A stretch of 64,000 nucleotides of DNA from Macrostomum lignano. Taxonomy: Eukaryota. Location: assembly GCA_002269645.1 (NCBI GenBank), contig NIVC01002360.1, forward strand, positions 89,397 through 153,396, given 5' to 3'. Positions 36,317 to 50,660 of this stretch are shown here, piece by piece (position 1 is the first letter of the stretch; each line of letters starts with the position of its first letter). The notes below the pieces were generated by a model. That model saw nothing but the letters and a program-made list of their open reading frames with translations. It was not told where the DNA came from and made no database searches. A program made the position numbers and the translations under genes.

Positions 36317-39300
36317 GTCCATAGCTTATAACTTTTCTTTTCTCAATAGAAATTTAAAATTTATATTATTTTTCTTAAAAAGATTTCAAGAAACAAAATT
36401 ATGCTTGCTAAAAAAGACATGGTATTATTAAACTCATTTTGGTTTTGCATAACTCGTAATATATAATTTTTTAAATTAGCTTTACAAGCTATTGTCTATA
36501 CTTTCATTTTTATTTTTTTAAAAATCTTTTTGTTTGCTAGTAGACAAAATGACCTTGCACTAATATTTTAGCCACTATGTTAGGTTGGCAATTTGTCTAC
36601 CTTTAAATTTGTATGCTTCAAGCTAGAAAATTTAGCCCTATATATTTGTTTAAATCTGCATTGGTTATTCCATCTGCTATGGCTTTCAATTCCAAGGGAA
36701 AGGTAGTAAAATATTGTAGTCAAGTAGTCTTTATCTTCTATATATAATATAACAATTTTTGAATTTGACAAAATGTTTTAATACTTTGCCAAAACATTAT
36801 ATTTGTGATTCCCCAAAACATTAATTTGCCAAAATGTCACATAGCCTTTACTATAAATATTCATTCTTTAATTTCCTTGCTTTCTGTCTTGACTATGGAT
36901 AGGTATAGTCAAAATTGTTATATTTTAAATCACTAAAGGTATCATAGCAGCAATAGAATAAATAAAACTAAATATAGATTATTATATTAGCAAGTGTCAA
37001 TTAGTAATTCTAGTTCCACCAGTGAATGAGCTGTGCCTGGTGCCGCCAAAGAGAGCAAGAAAACCTGAGGCCCCACTAGGGGCCAAGGGTGAGTGAATAA
37101 TTTCTACCCATGGTGGCCAAAGGCCGACATGGGCTAGAAAGTATTTATGAGTAAATAAGTTAGACTCCCATGCATTTTGAAATTTCATGTTTTTTCTCTA
37201 AAAATGCTCCTGTTTTGCAACCACTGCGCTGATTGAGTTGAGTGAAATGTCGATCGATAGAAAACTTTTAGATCTATTAAATGAATATACTTTTTCCTAC
37301 AAAGCTTTTTGAGTTTTGGCTTCAAAGCAGTGCAGTTAGATGCGCAATGCAAAAATCTACAAGTCTCTAAAGTTTTGTTTTCCTACAATTCTGCAGTGCT
37401 GAAAAAAATTACATGACTTTTATATTATTGCTCATTATAATTTTGAGAACATGGTGCGAATAATCCAACTTTGAATTTCTATAGCATAGTTGCTGTACTA
37501 TATTGGTTTGAATTTCTGCCATCTGATTTCACTGCTTTTGGGTTGAAAAATCAATCAGAAATCGATAATTTGTGATTTTTGGCTGATTGTGTGCCAGAAA
37601 AATGGGTGATAAAATTTTTAAAAGAATGGTAGATCAAATGCAGATACTGCAACAAGTTGTACTAATGTCTGGCTAAAATTTACCAAGTTTTTGAGTGTCT
37701 GCAACAAGTGCTCATATATCAAAAGTGATTGGAAATCGATCAAAGTAGTGATTTTTTAATATTTTGCTTGAAATCAGGCAAAATAACACAATTGGACAGT
37801 ATTATTTTTATGACAGCTGATTTCCCACAAAACGAGGCATATTTGTGTGCAATTTCTAGAGATTCAGTTCATTGAGTAAAAAAATTATCGATAAAAAACT
37901 GAAAACTTGACTTTTTACTCTTATGTTAGTTTTGGGGCTATTTAAACTGGAAATGGTAACAATTTTGCACTGAAACCTATGCACAGTGTTCCATATAGCT
38001 AATTTAACAAATTTCTTGAATTTCATAACTATTCAATGTTTTTTCATGTAAAAAATGCCTTTTTTGCATCAAAATTCATCAGATTAAGCTGCATACCGCT
38101 TTGCACTTTGCACCGGACTAAACTCAACTCAAAACACTAAATGTATGATGTGGCAGCAATATGGTGATATTGCTGTGCAATGAAAGCTAAAGTTGCTAAC
38201 ATATTTAGCCATCAACCATGCAAAAAATAAAAGCAAAAAGTAAAAACTATTTATTGGATTGAATTTTGTTCTTCTTGAGTTCCTTTATTCATTGTGTAAT
38301 ATTAGGCAAGAACAATTGGGAGCAATGAGCAAGCTAAATGGTGTTAAAAACTTGAAAATGCACAAATGGGATGCTTGTTTTGTCACCAAAATCAGAATTT
38401 GACACAATTGAGGTAAACTGGGAGGAAATCTCCAATCTCGAAGTCAATCCTGGGATCCCGGGATTTCCAGTTTTTTAATATCGGTATCTCAGGATTGAAA
38501 AAGGCTGGGATTTTGCAACCCCTACTCATGTCATGTTGCCAATTCTTGTCTCCATTTTTATTAATCGGTTAATCCCAATGCCCAATGGCAAATTTCAGTA
38601 ACAACAATGCAATGATGAGTTAGAGTCTGTATCTGCCACTGGTTTTTTTATTTTGTTAATAACATGGGTAATGGAAGTGAGTAATAGACAGTAACTTAAA
38701 AGTTACTAGGTTTTGTATAAAGTTACTTAGGCTAGTGTAAGCTACTTTTTAAAAAGTGGTAACTTAGTACAGTAATGCAAGTTAGTTTTTTGAGTAACTT
38801 GCCCAACACTGAGTACAGATAATACTATATAGATAAAATAAATGTTAAGTGTTTGGAAAATTTATCATTTTGGAAGTGTTTGTTTGGTTCATAGATTTTA
38901 TCTCTAAAATCTTTAACTACTAAATAGACAAAAAATACCCGGCCATGGATATATGTAGCATCTAGTATTATAATTGGGAGAAAGTGTTTGTCATTTTTGT
39001 TTTATTGCATAAATTTAAACCCTTTTTTCAAAATGTCTATGACCATAATTCTTATCTTTCATCATAGATATGTAACACTTAGCTAACCTGGTCATCCTGA
39101 CTAGGTGCCAGAATAGCCAGGCAGGTGTGTTGCAGAACTGATCAATCTAGCTTTAAAAATTGTCAAGGGATTATACAAGAAAAACAATTGACAAATTAAA
39201 TAAAAAGAAGATAAACTTCTTGAGTGCTTGAAAAACAAACAAGGCAAAAAAAGCAAAAGAGAACTAAATTTGTTGTAGCCAGACAAAAATGATTTAAATT

Positions 39301-39677
39301 GTATAAAGTGTAAAGCTATATTGCAAAAAGGCTCTCTAGATATAGGTATGTCACATTTCTATGGCAAAAGATATGGCATTTCTGGGTAAAATTCAGTTTG
39401 TGTAAATTTTTATTATGTATAGTTAAAAATACAACTAAACAACTTAGTACAAAAACAACAAATTTTGCAACAGGTGTTAGTTAGCAAAAATTCTTCTTTC
39501 AATATTTGCTTTTTTTCAGATTCAGTATCTAGAAAATCTTTTTTGGTTAATTGGTAAAAATGTCATGCTATTTAATGCAATTGGAATGAATCTTCACTAT
39601 ATGAATAGAATGGAGATTCTCATCGCAATTCAGTTATGCGAAAGATATCTTAGTCTCATTCTATATCATATGTATCT

Positions 39678-42002
39678 ATGCTTCAATCCTTCAGCAAAGG
39701 CCGCCAGAGCCGCCACAGAATGCAGCAGGGACAGCGTCTTCTAGCCAGTCTGGGGCATCGATGCAACAATCTGCTTCTGCCCGGCTCGCCGCTTGCCACT
39801 TGCCTGCCGCTCGTCATTGACGGGCACAGACTGGGCCTGGTGAAACCCGACATCGCCAGAATCCTCACCGCCAGGTGCCCATCTGTCTTCCACTACGGCT
39901 CCGGCGGCCGCTCCCTGACGCTGGCCGATGGTCTGTCTGGCTTTCGCCCGGTTAGCAACGCCATGGCAACGGCATTTGAGCAGCTCAGAACTGACGGAGT
40001 TTTTCCCTGCCTGACTAAGGGCTGGCGAAATGAGCTGTACGCTGCCAGGCTGCGGTCTACCAGACAGCCTGTCTTTGAGGTGCGGACAGCTGGGATGTGA
40101 CTGGACTTGGGAAATGCCCAGCATCTGGCTTTACCACCGCAGGTATGCCAGGCCGAGTCTTGAGACTGACCTCTGTCCACTGGCATGGCCTCCCCAGTCT
40201 ACTGACATCCCAGTCTACTGACATCCCAGTCTACTGACATCCCAGTCTACCGACACCCATTCTACTGACACCCCAGTCTACTGACACCCCAGTCTACTGA
40301 CACCCCAGTCTACCGACACCCATTCTACTGACATCCCAGCCCATGGCCACCCCAGTGTACTGACACCCCAGTCTACTGACACCCCAGCCTACTGACACCC
40401 CAGCCTACTGACATCCCAGTCTACTGACACCCTAGTCTACTGACATCCCAGCCCATGGCCACCCCAGTGTACTGACACCCCAGTCTACTGACACCCCAGT
40501 CTACTGACACCCCAGCCTACTGACATGCCAGTCTACTGACACCCCAGTCTACTGACATCCCAGTCTACTGACACCCCAGTCTACTGACACCCCAGTCTAC
40601 TGACACCCCAGTCTACCGACACCCATTCTACTGACATCCCAGCCCATGGCCACCCCAGTGTACTGACACCCCAGCCTACTGACATCCCAGTCTACTGACA
40701 CCCTAGTCTACTGACATCCCAGCCCATGGCCACCCCAGTGTACTGACACCCCAGTCTACTGACATCCCAGTCTACTGACATCCCAGTCTACTGACATGCC
40801 AGTCTACTGACACCCCAGTCTACTGACATCCCAGTCTACTGACATCCCAGTGTACTGACGTCCCAGTGTACTGACACCCCAGTCTACTGACACCCCAGTC
40901 TACTGACATCCCAGTGTACTGACACCCCAGTCTACTGACATGCCAGTCTACTGACAACCCAGTCTACTGACACCCCAGTCTACCGACACCCATTCTACTG
41001 ACATCCCAGCCCATGGCCACCCCAGTGTACTGACACCCCAGCCTACTGACATCCCAGTCTACTGACATCCCAGTCTACTGACATCCCAGTCTACTGACAT
41101 GCCAGTGTACTGACACCCCAGTCTACTGACACCCCAGTCTACTGACATCCCAGTGTACTGACACCCCAGTCTACTGACATGCCAGTCTACTGACAACCCA
41201 GTCTACTGACATCCCAGTCTACTGACATCCCAGCCTACTGACATGCCAGTCTACTGACATCCCAGTCTACTGACACCCTAGTCTACTGACATCCCAGTCT
41301 ACTGACATCCCAGTCTACTGACATCCCAGCCTACTGACATCCCAGTCTACTGACACCCCAGCCCTTGGCCATCCATCCCATCCCATGGCCACCCCAGCCC
41401 AGCTAACCGGGGTCAAACGATCCTCTCCCGAACAGGTTGAGCGCAGCGCGGCCTCCCTGCTGGGCATCGCGCAGTGGGGCTGCCACGTGAACGGCTACAC
41501 AGTGGCAGCGGACGGCAGCCAGCGGCCGGTTGCCATGTGGCTGGCCAGGCGGTCGCTAAGCAAGCCAACGTGGCCCGGCCACCTGGACAACCTGGTTGGC
41601 GGCGGCCTGCCCAGCGACTGCGACTCGCCAACGCTGAACGCCCGCAAGGAGGCCCAGGAGGAGGCGGGCATCCCGGCCGCGCTGCTGGACAGCCTGCAGC
41701 CAGTCGGCACCGTCAGCTACTTCTACGAAGACGAACGCGGCGTATTCCCCGACGTGGAGTACTGCTACGACTTGGCCCTGCCCGACACCTTCTCGCCTGT
41801 TAGCGTCGATGGCGAGGTGGCGGAGTTCCGCCTGGTCCCGCTGGCCGACCTGCCCGAGCTGATCGCTCAGCCGGACTTCAAGCCGAACAGCGGCCTGGTG
41901 TGCTTGGACTTCCTGCTGCGCCGGGGCTGCCTCAGCCCGGATACGCAGCCGCTGTACGACCTGCTGATGGAGATGTGCCATACCCGACTGCCGCTGGACT
42001 GA
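39678..42002 (+). CDS. Nudix hydrolase with DUF4743-type N-terminus (YJR142W / NUDT20-like); exons ~39678-40079 and 41436-42002
   Basis: GWRNELY..PVFE|VERSAASLLGIAQWGCHVNGY, WLARRS..KPTWPGHLDNLVGGG, ARKEAQEEAGI, FKPNSGLVCLDFLLRRG. Start codon uncertain. Confidence 0.88.
40195..41362. repeat. 16-bp minisatellite CCAGTCTACTGACA(T/C)C with interspersed CCAGCCCATGGCCACC units, in the Nudix intron
   Basis: Tandem repeats. Confidence 0.95.
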
Positions 42003-42536
42003 GATGTTTGGTGGCTGCCGATATGTATCGAAAACAGGCTTTCTGAAGACTGTTTACCTATGAACAATATAGTAAATATAGTTTGTGCGCATTTTTAACT
42101 TTTTTATTGGTCTGAGACCGTTAATTTATGATGCTGGATGCGTGTTTATAATAGTACTATTAGTAGCATAAACCATAGCCTTGCTATGCTGTATTTTCAT
42201 TTCGTAAAAATATAACCTTAGAAGCATATTATATAGATTTGTTAATAATTTTTTTATTTGGAAATTTTTAATTTGATGACGAATTGATGTTTAGCTCTTG
42301 GCACTAATCAGATCGCCTTTTCCGCCCACGTACGTGACCTCGTATGGCATTTTCCACCCACGCACATGTCCTCGGATGGCCTTTTCCACCCACGCACATG
42401 TCCTCGATGGCCTTTTTACCTACTTACCTGCTCTGATTTGATCTCACCATGCTAGCATTCGTACTTTACAAAAAAGAATATAATTTCGCATAAATATCCT
42501 GCATGCGCTACTAGTTCAGCTCAGCAGTAGTCAGCC

Positions 42537-45529
42537 ATGTCTTTTCTACCAAATCTGCCGCCCTCCGTGCTGGCAAAAAATGCGGACGCCGAAGCGCTGG
42601 GCGCCAGGCGCAGCAAGGAGGAATATCGCAAGATGAAGGAGCTGGAGGAGGCCCGGAAGCTGGCGGCAGTGCCAGCCATGAAAGACGAAGAGGGCAAGGA
42701 CATCAACCCGCACATACCGCAGTACATCATGCAGGCGCCCTGGTACTACGGCGCCCTTCACCCCACCCTGAAGCATCAGATTAAGCCGGCGGGCGAAGAC
42801 GAGAAGCGCCAGCCGGATACGACTGCCTCAGGCGAGATCATCACCATGGCCAGCGGCGGCAGCGAGGCCCTGAACCGCTGGTACAAGCGCGGCCAGGCCG
42901 CCGGGCCCCGGGCCACCAAGTATCGGAAGGGCGCCTGCGCCAACTGTGGCGCCGCCACCCACCAGGCCAAGGACTGCTTCCAGCGGCCCAGGGCCCGCGG
43001 CGCCAAGTGGACTGGGGAGGACATCGCGCCAGACCAGCACGTGCAGCCGGACTTGAAGCTGGACTTCGAGGCCAAGCGGGACCGGTGGAACGGCTACGAT
43101 CCGGCCAGCTACAGGCAGGTGATTGACAGCTACGCCAAGCTGGAGGAGGCCAGGAAGCAGGTGCGATCCAGCAAGCAGGAGGCCGGCGGCGAGGAGGGGG
43201 TGAGTCGCTTTGGATTGCGCATGCTGCTTTGATTTCGGGATATCATGATAGCGGGTGAGGCACAGGTCTGGGGAGCACCTTTGTACTGGGAGACTAGAGA
43301 TGAGTCAGGTATGTTAGAAAGACGGGATGGTATGAAGCTAGTGGGTGAGATAGAGAGATTGCGGGTGAGATCATTAGAGATAGCGGGTGAGATTATTGGA
43401 GATAGCGGGTAAGATTATCAGAGATAGCGGGTGAGATTATTGGAGATAGCGGGTAAGATTATTAGAGATAGCGGGTGAGATTATTGGAGATAGCGGGTGA
43501 GATCATCAGAAATCGCGGGTGAGATTATCAGAGATAGCGGCTTGAGATTATCAGAGAAAGCGAGTGAGATTAAGAGAGATAACGGGTGAGCTTATCAGAG
43601 ATAGCGGTTTGAGATGATCAGAGATAGTGGGTGAGATTAAGAGAGATAGGGGGTAAGATTATCAGAGATAGCAGGTGAGGTTATTGGAAATAGCGGGTGA
43701 GATTATCAGAGATAGCGGGTGAGATTATGAGATAAAGAGACCATGCAATCCCGTGGAATTGCCCAAGCGCTTATGCTGCGAATTCTGCTTCCAGGAGCAG
43801 CGTGACGACGAAGACCGGTACGGAGACGAGATGGCGATGCCCGGGCAGAAGTTCGACTGCAAGGAGCGGCAGTCGGTGAGGAACCTGCGCATCCGGGAGG
43901 ACACGGCCAAGTACCTGTACAACCTGGACCCCAGCTCGGCCTACTACGATCCCAAGACCCGAGCGATGCGAGGCAATCCTTTTGAAGGCCGCGACGTGTC
44001 CGTAGAGGAGGCCCCGTTCGCCGGCGACAATTACATCCGTTACCAAGGCGACGCGTTGCCAATGATGGAGCAGCAGGTGTTCGCCTGGGAGCTGCAGGCC
44101 GAGAAAGGCGTCGATGCGCACCTGCAGGCCAATCCGACCCGCTTGGAGCTGCTGCACCGCGAGCTGGACGAGAAAAGCAAAGAAATTGGCGGCCAGATCT
44201 CACAGCAGATCCTCGAGAAGTGAGTTGCTGTTTGCTCTTGCCTGGTCTCACCCTTCCTCTGATCTAATCTCACCCTGCTGATCCTATCTCACCCTACTCT
44301 GACCTAATCTCACCCTTCCTCTGACCAAACCCCACCCTTTCTCTGATCTAATCTCACCCTTCTGATCCTATCTCTCCCTACTCTGATCCTATCTCTCCCT
44401 TCCTCTGACCTAAATCTCACGCTTCCTCTGACCTAATCTTACCCTTTCTCTGATCTAATCTCACCCTGCCTCTGACCTAATCTCACCCTTCCTCTGACCA
44501 AACCCCACCCTTCCTCTGACCAAACCCCACCCTTTCTCTGATCTAATCTCACCCTTCTGATCCTATCTCACCCTACTCTGATCCTATCTCTCCCTTCCTC
44601 TGACCTAAATCTCACGCTTCCTCTGACCTAATCTTACCCTTTCTCTGATCTAATCTCACCCTGCCTCTGACCTAATCTCACCCTTCCTCTGACCAAACCC
44701 CACCCTTCCTCTGACCAAACCCCACCCTTTCTCTGATCTAATCTCACCCTTCTGATCCTATCTCACCCTACTCTGATCCTATCTCTCCCTTCCTCTGACC
44801 TAAATCTCACGCTTCCTCTGACCTAATCTTACCCTTTCTCTGATCTAATCTCACCCTGCCTCTGACCTAAATCTTACCCTCCCTCTGACCAAACCCCACC
44901 CTTTCTCTAACCAAATCTCATCCTCCCCCTGACCCATCTTACCTTTACTCTTACCCTTCTAAGCTCTCTCCCTCCTCACCCAATGTCACCTTTAAAAGCC
45001 TTCAAAACTCAGCTAAAATAAAAAGATGCACGCAACGCCGCACCCGCACAGGTACGGAGGCCAGGAGCACCTGCGCGCAGCGGACAGCGAGGCTCCAGAA
45101 CTGTCGGCGCTGTCGCAGACTGAGCAGTACGCCGAGTACTCCCGCACTGGCACCCTGCTGCGCGGCGCCGAGGCCCCGGCGGTCCGGTCTCGCTACGACG
45201 AGGACAAAAAGCCGCTGAACCACACCAGCGTGTGGGGCTCGTACTGGGAGGCCGGCAAGTGGGGCTACAAGTGCTGCCGGTCCACCATGCGCAACGCCTA
45301 CTGCACGGGATTGAAGGGCCGCCTGCCGGCCGCCGGGCCGCCGGCTGTTAAAGACTCGACCGCAGCTGCCTCCGGCTCAAAACGGGCCGCCGCTTCCAAT
45401 GCTGACGACGGATCTGCGACGGCAGTTGCGGAGAAGAAGAGGAAGCAATCCGAGTCGGAGAGCGACAGTAGCAGCAGCAGCAGCGGCAGTAGCAGCAGTG
45501 ACGACTCTTCTGATTCTGATTCTGAGTGA
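42537..45529 (+). CDS. SLU7: Pre-mRNA splicing factor SLU7; exons 42537-43199, 43795-44219, 45052-45529
   Basis: DINPHIPQYIMQAPWY, YRKGACANCGAATHQAKDC, KRDRWNGYDP, VRNLRIREDTAKYLYNLD..YYDPKTRAMR, ILEK|YGGQEHL, NHTSVWGSYW..WGYKCC. Confidence 0.97.
43370..43730. repeat. ~22-bp purine-rich minisatellite (GAGATAGCGGGTGAGATTATCA) in SLU7 intron 1
   Basis: Degenerate tandem repeats. Confidence 0.9.
44245..44945. repeat. Pyrimidine-rich ~21-bp repeat (CTCTGACCTAATCTCACCCTT) with a longer higher-order unit, in SLU7 intron 2
   Basis: Tandem repeats. Confidence 0.9.
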
Positions 45530-45597
45530 CCTGAAGACTTTGTGACTGACCGTTGAGTACTTGAATGTCGATATGAAAATACTGGCTGCATGTAAAG

Positions 45598-45800
45598 CCG
45601 CATAGCAACCACTTGACAACTGCATAGCAGCAGTACAGCAACCACTTGACAACTGTATAGCAACCAGTTGGCAACCGCATAGCAACCAGTTGGCAACCGC
45701 ATAGCAACCAGTTGGCAACCGCATAGCAACCAGTTGACAACCACATAGCAACTGTATAGCAACCACTTTACAACTGTATAACAACTAGTTGGCAACCGTA
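45598..45800. repeat. 22-bp repeat GCATAGCAACCAGTTGGCAACC downstream of the SLU7 stop
   Basis: Tandem repeats. Confidence 0.88.
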
Positions 45801-46519
45801 TTGCAACTACTATGCACTAGCCGCATGGCAACCGCACAGCAACCGCGTACCATATGCGTGGTATAGCAAGTGTGGCAACCGCTTAGCCACAAAAAGTCTG
45901 CTTGTCATGCAAAATTTTCTCTACCTTTTTTATCCTTTATATTCGTGTTTGAAAGCCAATAAGCACCTTGGCCTCCTTTGTCTTTGTAATCTTCTCAGTA
46001 AATTGCTTCTTGATTCTTTTTCAAGTTTTTCAAAAATCAAATTTGAAATACACGCTTTGTAAGCTTGGTCACGCTCTCCCTAGTTACTTTGTTCATCCAA
46101 GAATTACCCAAATATATATGCCCAATTAATTCTGTTCTTCACTGACTATTGTTTAATCGCTACTTTCAGTACTCCAGTCTGCATATGTTTGTTTCTTTTG
46201 TAAATCAGACAAATATATATTACGAGTTTATTCTCAGTCCGAGGTAACAGGGTGTAAAATTGTTGCTTACTGATGCGTTGTGTACCTTTTAAATATACCT
46301 GGACCCCGTCTGAGCTTGCCGCTGCACTGGGCAAGATGCATCTGAAGCAATGACGTGTCTTCTTTGCTCTGCTTTTAGCAGCATGTTAATATGACTTACT
46401 CATGCTACCTAGAGTTTAACAGCGTCATCTCCCTCTTCAGCTGGTCGTTTGACTTTTCATTGATTGGGTCATTGATTCAGTCATTCTTATTATTTTGGTC
46501 ATCTTCAGTGGGTCATTGG

Positions 46520-47290
46520 ATCATAAAATGGTCGTATCCCTCATCGGGTCATTGGTTGGGTCATGAAATGTTCATATCCCTCATCTGTTCATTGGTTGGT
46601 TCATGAAGTGGTCATTCCTGATCTGGTAATTGGTTGGGTTATGAAATATTCATATCCCTCATCTGGTCATTGGTTGGGTCATGAAGTGGCATTCCTGATC
46701 TGGTAATTGGTTGGGTTATGAAATATTCATATCCTTCATCTGGTCATTGGTTGGGTCATGAAACGGTCATATTCTTCAGCTGGTCATTAGTTGGATCATG
46801 AATGGTCATATCCCTCATCTGGTCATTGGTTGGGTCATGAAACGGTCATATTCTTCAGCTGGTCATTAGTTGGGTCATGAATGGTCATAGCCCTCATCTG
46901 GTCATTAGTTGGGTCATGAATGGTCATATCCCTCATCTGGTCATTAGTTGGGTCATGAATGGTCATATCCCTCATCTGGTCATTAGTTGGGTCATGAATG
47001 GTCATATCCCTCATCTGGTCATTAGTTGGGTCATGAATGGTCATATCCCTCATCTGGTCATTGGTTGGGTCATGAAACGGTCATATTCTTCAGCTGGTCA
47101 TTAGTTGGGTCATGAATGGTCATATCCCTCATCTGGTCATTAGTTGGGTCATGAAAATGTCATATCCCTCATCTGGTCATTAGTTGGGTCATGAATGGTC
47201 ATATCCCTCATCTGGTCATTAGTTGGGTCATGAATGGTCATATCCCTCATCTGGTCATTAGTTGGTTCATGAAATGGTCATATCCCTCAT
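46520..47290. repeat. 39-bp minisatellite TCATCTGGTCATTAGTTGGGTCATGAATGGTCATATCCC
   Basis: Tandem repeats; 13-aa periodic ORFs. Confidence 0.95.
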
Positions 47291-47422
47291 GTGATCATTG
47301 CTTGGGTCACTAATATTGCGCTTTAGCCAATGTCCGGGCGATCCAATGCGATGGATTAGGCAGGGATTTAGCCATTCTGTCATTAATCCTGCCTGCCGTT
47401 TCCAGCCTGGCGGGCCTCTCGC

Positions 47423-48847
47423 ATGTCTCCGACCTCGCCAGCCGCCTCCGCCCTCGCGTCCGCCCGACGCCGACTGTCGACGCCGCCGGCCGCTGGACGT
47501 CGGTCGCGGGGCAGCCCGGCAGGAGGCGGCGGCGGAGTTTCCAAGAAACGAAACTCCCTTGGCGGTCCCGGGCCGCACCTGGTGCAGCTGAACCTGGACT
47601 TCGGCCAGAGCAACCTCGGAACGGTCACGTGCTCGGGCTGCGGCATGGTGTACTCGGCCGGCAACCAGGCTGACGCTGTTCGGCACGCGAGGTTCCACGC
47701 CAGCCGGCGGCCGGCTGCTGCGGCGGCAACAGCGGCAGCGTCGGCTGCGTCGGCCAGCGCGTGGCGAGGCCAGCAGGCTGTGAAGGAGTTCTTCAACGGG
47801 GACCGGATTGTCCGCGTGTCTCCCGGAGCCGGCGGCGGCGTCGGCTGGCAGCGCGCCAAAGAGATCTTCCGCCTGATGGACGAGGAGCTCGGCCAGGGCA
47901 CCGAGCCGGATGCCTACAGCGGCATGCTCGTGTTGCTGTACGTTCGGCATCAGGTGAGTTGTAACACCCTGTGCTAGTCTGTAACACCCTTGCTAGCCTG
48001 TAACACCCTGTGCTAGCCTGTAACACCCTGTGCTAGTTTGTAACACCCTGTGCTAGTTTGTAACACCCTGTGCTAGTTTTTAACACCCTGTGCTAGTTTG
48101 TAACACCCTGTGCTAGTTTTTAACACCCTGTGCTAGTTTGTAACCCCCTGTGCTAGTTTGTAACACCCTGTGCTAGTCTGTAACCCCCTGTGCTAGTCTG
48201 TAACACCCTGTGCTAGTTTGTAACACCCTGTGCTAGTTTGTAACACCCTGTGCTAGTCTGTAACACCCTGTGCTAGTCTGTAACACCCTGTGCTAGTCTG
48301 TAACACCCTGTGCTAGTCTGTAACACCCTGTGCTAGTCTGTAACACCCTGTGCTAGTCTGTAACACCCTGTGCTAGTCTGTAACACCCTGTGCTAGTCTG
48401 TAACACCCTGTGCTAGCCTGTAACACCCTGTGCTAGTCTGTAACACCCTACCATACTCTGCAACACCCTACCATACCCTGCAACACCCTACCATACCCTG
48501 CAACACCCGCCGCCATTTGCAACCTACTCAAGTCGGGCATAGTCGGCTGCTGCATCGCCGAGCCGATCCGCACCGCCTACCGCCTGCTGCCGCCAGTTGA
48601 AGGTGCCGAGGCGGCCACCGAGCGGGACACGGAGCCGCTGCCAGCCCAGTGCGGCATCCACAAGGTCTGGTGCCAGTCCGGTCACCGCCGGTCCGGCGTG
48701 GCCACCACCCTGCTGGATGCCGCCAGGTCCTGCCTGTACCTGGGCCTGCAGGTGCCCCTCAGCCTCACCGCCTTCACCGCGCCAACACCCAGCGGCTACC
48801 GGCTCGCCTGCAGATACCTGGCCACCGACAGGCCATTGGTATACTGA
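47423..48847 (+). CDS. ESCO: Eco1/ESCO-family cohesin acetyltransferase; exons 47423-47953 and 48533-48847
   Basis: PIP-like QLNLDFGQ, C2H2 CSGCGMVY..DAVRHARFH, LLYV|..IVGCCIAEPI, CGIHKVWC..HRRSGVATTLLD, AFTAPTPSG..LVY*. An additional upstream exon is not excluded. Confidence 0.93.
47960..48450. repeat. 20-bp minisatellite TGTAACACCCTGTGCTAGTC starting immediately after the ESCO donor GTGAGT
   Basis: Tandem repeats. Confidence 0.95.
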
Positions 48848-48967
48848 TTATTATTAACAATAATGCAGTTATTTATTGTAACTTTTCAGTGAGAATTTTT
48901 TTCGCGAATGGCCTCATTTTTTTCTTTAAAATTGGAATTCAAAGATCGCCCAGTTAGTTCGGGATTT

Positions 48968-49345
48968 AAAAATGTCCCAATTAGGGATTTAAAGATATCC
49001 CAATTAGGGATTGTAAGATATCCCAATTAGGGATTCAAAGATATCCCCAAATCCAAAATAGGGATTCAATGATATTTCTATTAGGGATTTAAAGATATCC
49101 CAATTAGTGATTTAAAAATGTCCCAATTAGGGATTTAAAGATATCCCAATTAGGGATTTAAAGATATCCCAATTATGGATTTAAAGATATCCCAATTAAG
49201 GATTTAAAGATATTACAATTAGGGATTCAAAGATATCCCAATTAGGGAATCAACGATATCCCAGTTAGGGATTTAAAGATATCCCAATTAAGGATTTAAA
49301 GATATCCCAATTAAGGATTTAAAGATATCCCAATTAGGGATTTAA
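48968..49345. repeat. 23-bp minisatellite GGGATTTAAAGATATCCCAATTA
   Basis: Tandem repeats; each unit contains an internal GGGAT/ATCCC inversion. Confidence 0.93.
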
Positions 49346-49884
49346 TGACATCCCGATTCCCAGCAAGGATCTTATATATTTTATCTTTGATTTTCATTTC
49401 TTAACCCTCTTCATATTTGCCATCTACGAGCTACTTACATGTATTTCACTGCAACTGCGTCCATCCTTAATGGAAGTCTTTGTTTGTCTCACTTTCAGCG
49501 TGTTTTCTATAACTGCTCTTTGTACTCAGCTCACTGTCCCCGAGTATGGTGATACACTTGATTTGCTATTTACTAGTAGTAAATTTTTCCATGTATTTTA
49601 TAGGGCCAATCGAGCGCATAGCATCTGTATGCGTTTCAATTTTTATGGCCGTCTGCCATTTACCAACTTTTCCTATCTAGCCATGTGATGCCGCCTCAGC
49701 GTTATAAATGAACCAGCTAAATATAAATGCGCTTTGTGAGACAAAAACTGTACTGCACAAATTGAATATATGTACTCTGTTAAGTACTCACGGTGTTCAA
49801 TCATTGCATGATAGTGACAATCAATAGGGAATAGCATTCCCTTCTGCGCAACAAGAATGTGGTCCTCTACACAATTATACACTA

Positions 49885-50660
49885 TCCATATCTTGTTGCA
49901 CACTGTACACATCTAGTTGCACACTGTACACATCTAGTTGCACACTGTACACATCTAGTTGCACACTGTACACATCTAGTTGCAATACTGTACACATCTT
50001 GTTGCAATACTGTACACATCTAGTTGCAATACTGTACACATCTAGTTGCACACTGTACACATCTAGTTGCAATACTGTACACATCTAGTTGCAATACTGT
50101 ACACATCTAGTTGCACACTGTACACATCTTGTTACACACTGTACACATCTAGTTACACACTGTACACATTGTTACACACTGTACAAATCTTGTTGCACAC
50201 TGTACACATCTAGTTGCACACTGTACACATCTAGTTGCACACTGTACACATCTAGTTGCACACTGTACACATCTAGTTGCACACTGTACACATCTAGTTG
50301 CACACTATACACATCTTGTTACACACTGTACACATCTTGTTGCACACTGTACACATCTTGTTGCACACTCTGCACATCTAGTTGCACACTGTACACATCT
50401 AGTTGCACACTGTACACATCTAGTTGCACACTGTACACATCTTGTTGCACACTGTACACATCTTGTTGCACACTCTGCACATCTAGTTGCACACTGTACA
50501 CATCTAGTTGCACACTGTACACATCTAGTTACACACTGTACACATCTTGTTGCACACTGTACACATCTTGTTACACACTGTACACATCTTGTTGCACACT
50601 GCACATCTTGCACACTGTACACATCTTGTTGCACACTGCACATCTTGTACACTGTACACA
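49885..50660. repeat. 21-bp minisatellite TGCACACTGTACACATCTAGT
   Basis: Tandem repeats; 7-aa periodic ORFs. Confidence 0.95.

Noticed and set aside
36580-36771. Candidate upstream exon of the Ulp1-PHD gene with faint Gypsy/Ginger-integrase flavour (IFYYLSLG..)
   Set aside because: Similarity is only impressionistic; no convincing splice sites or catalytic residues.
37023-37089. Plus-strand exon-like island (NELCLVPPKRARKPEAPLGAK) with AG/GT ends
   Set aside because: Could not be joined to any neighbouring exon in a coherent frame.
38440-38812. hAT-like MITE ends (..GCAACCCTA; ..GTAACTTGCCCAACACTG; also ..GCAACCACTG at ~37226)
   Set aside because: Matching opposite ends and TSDs could not be located.
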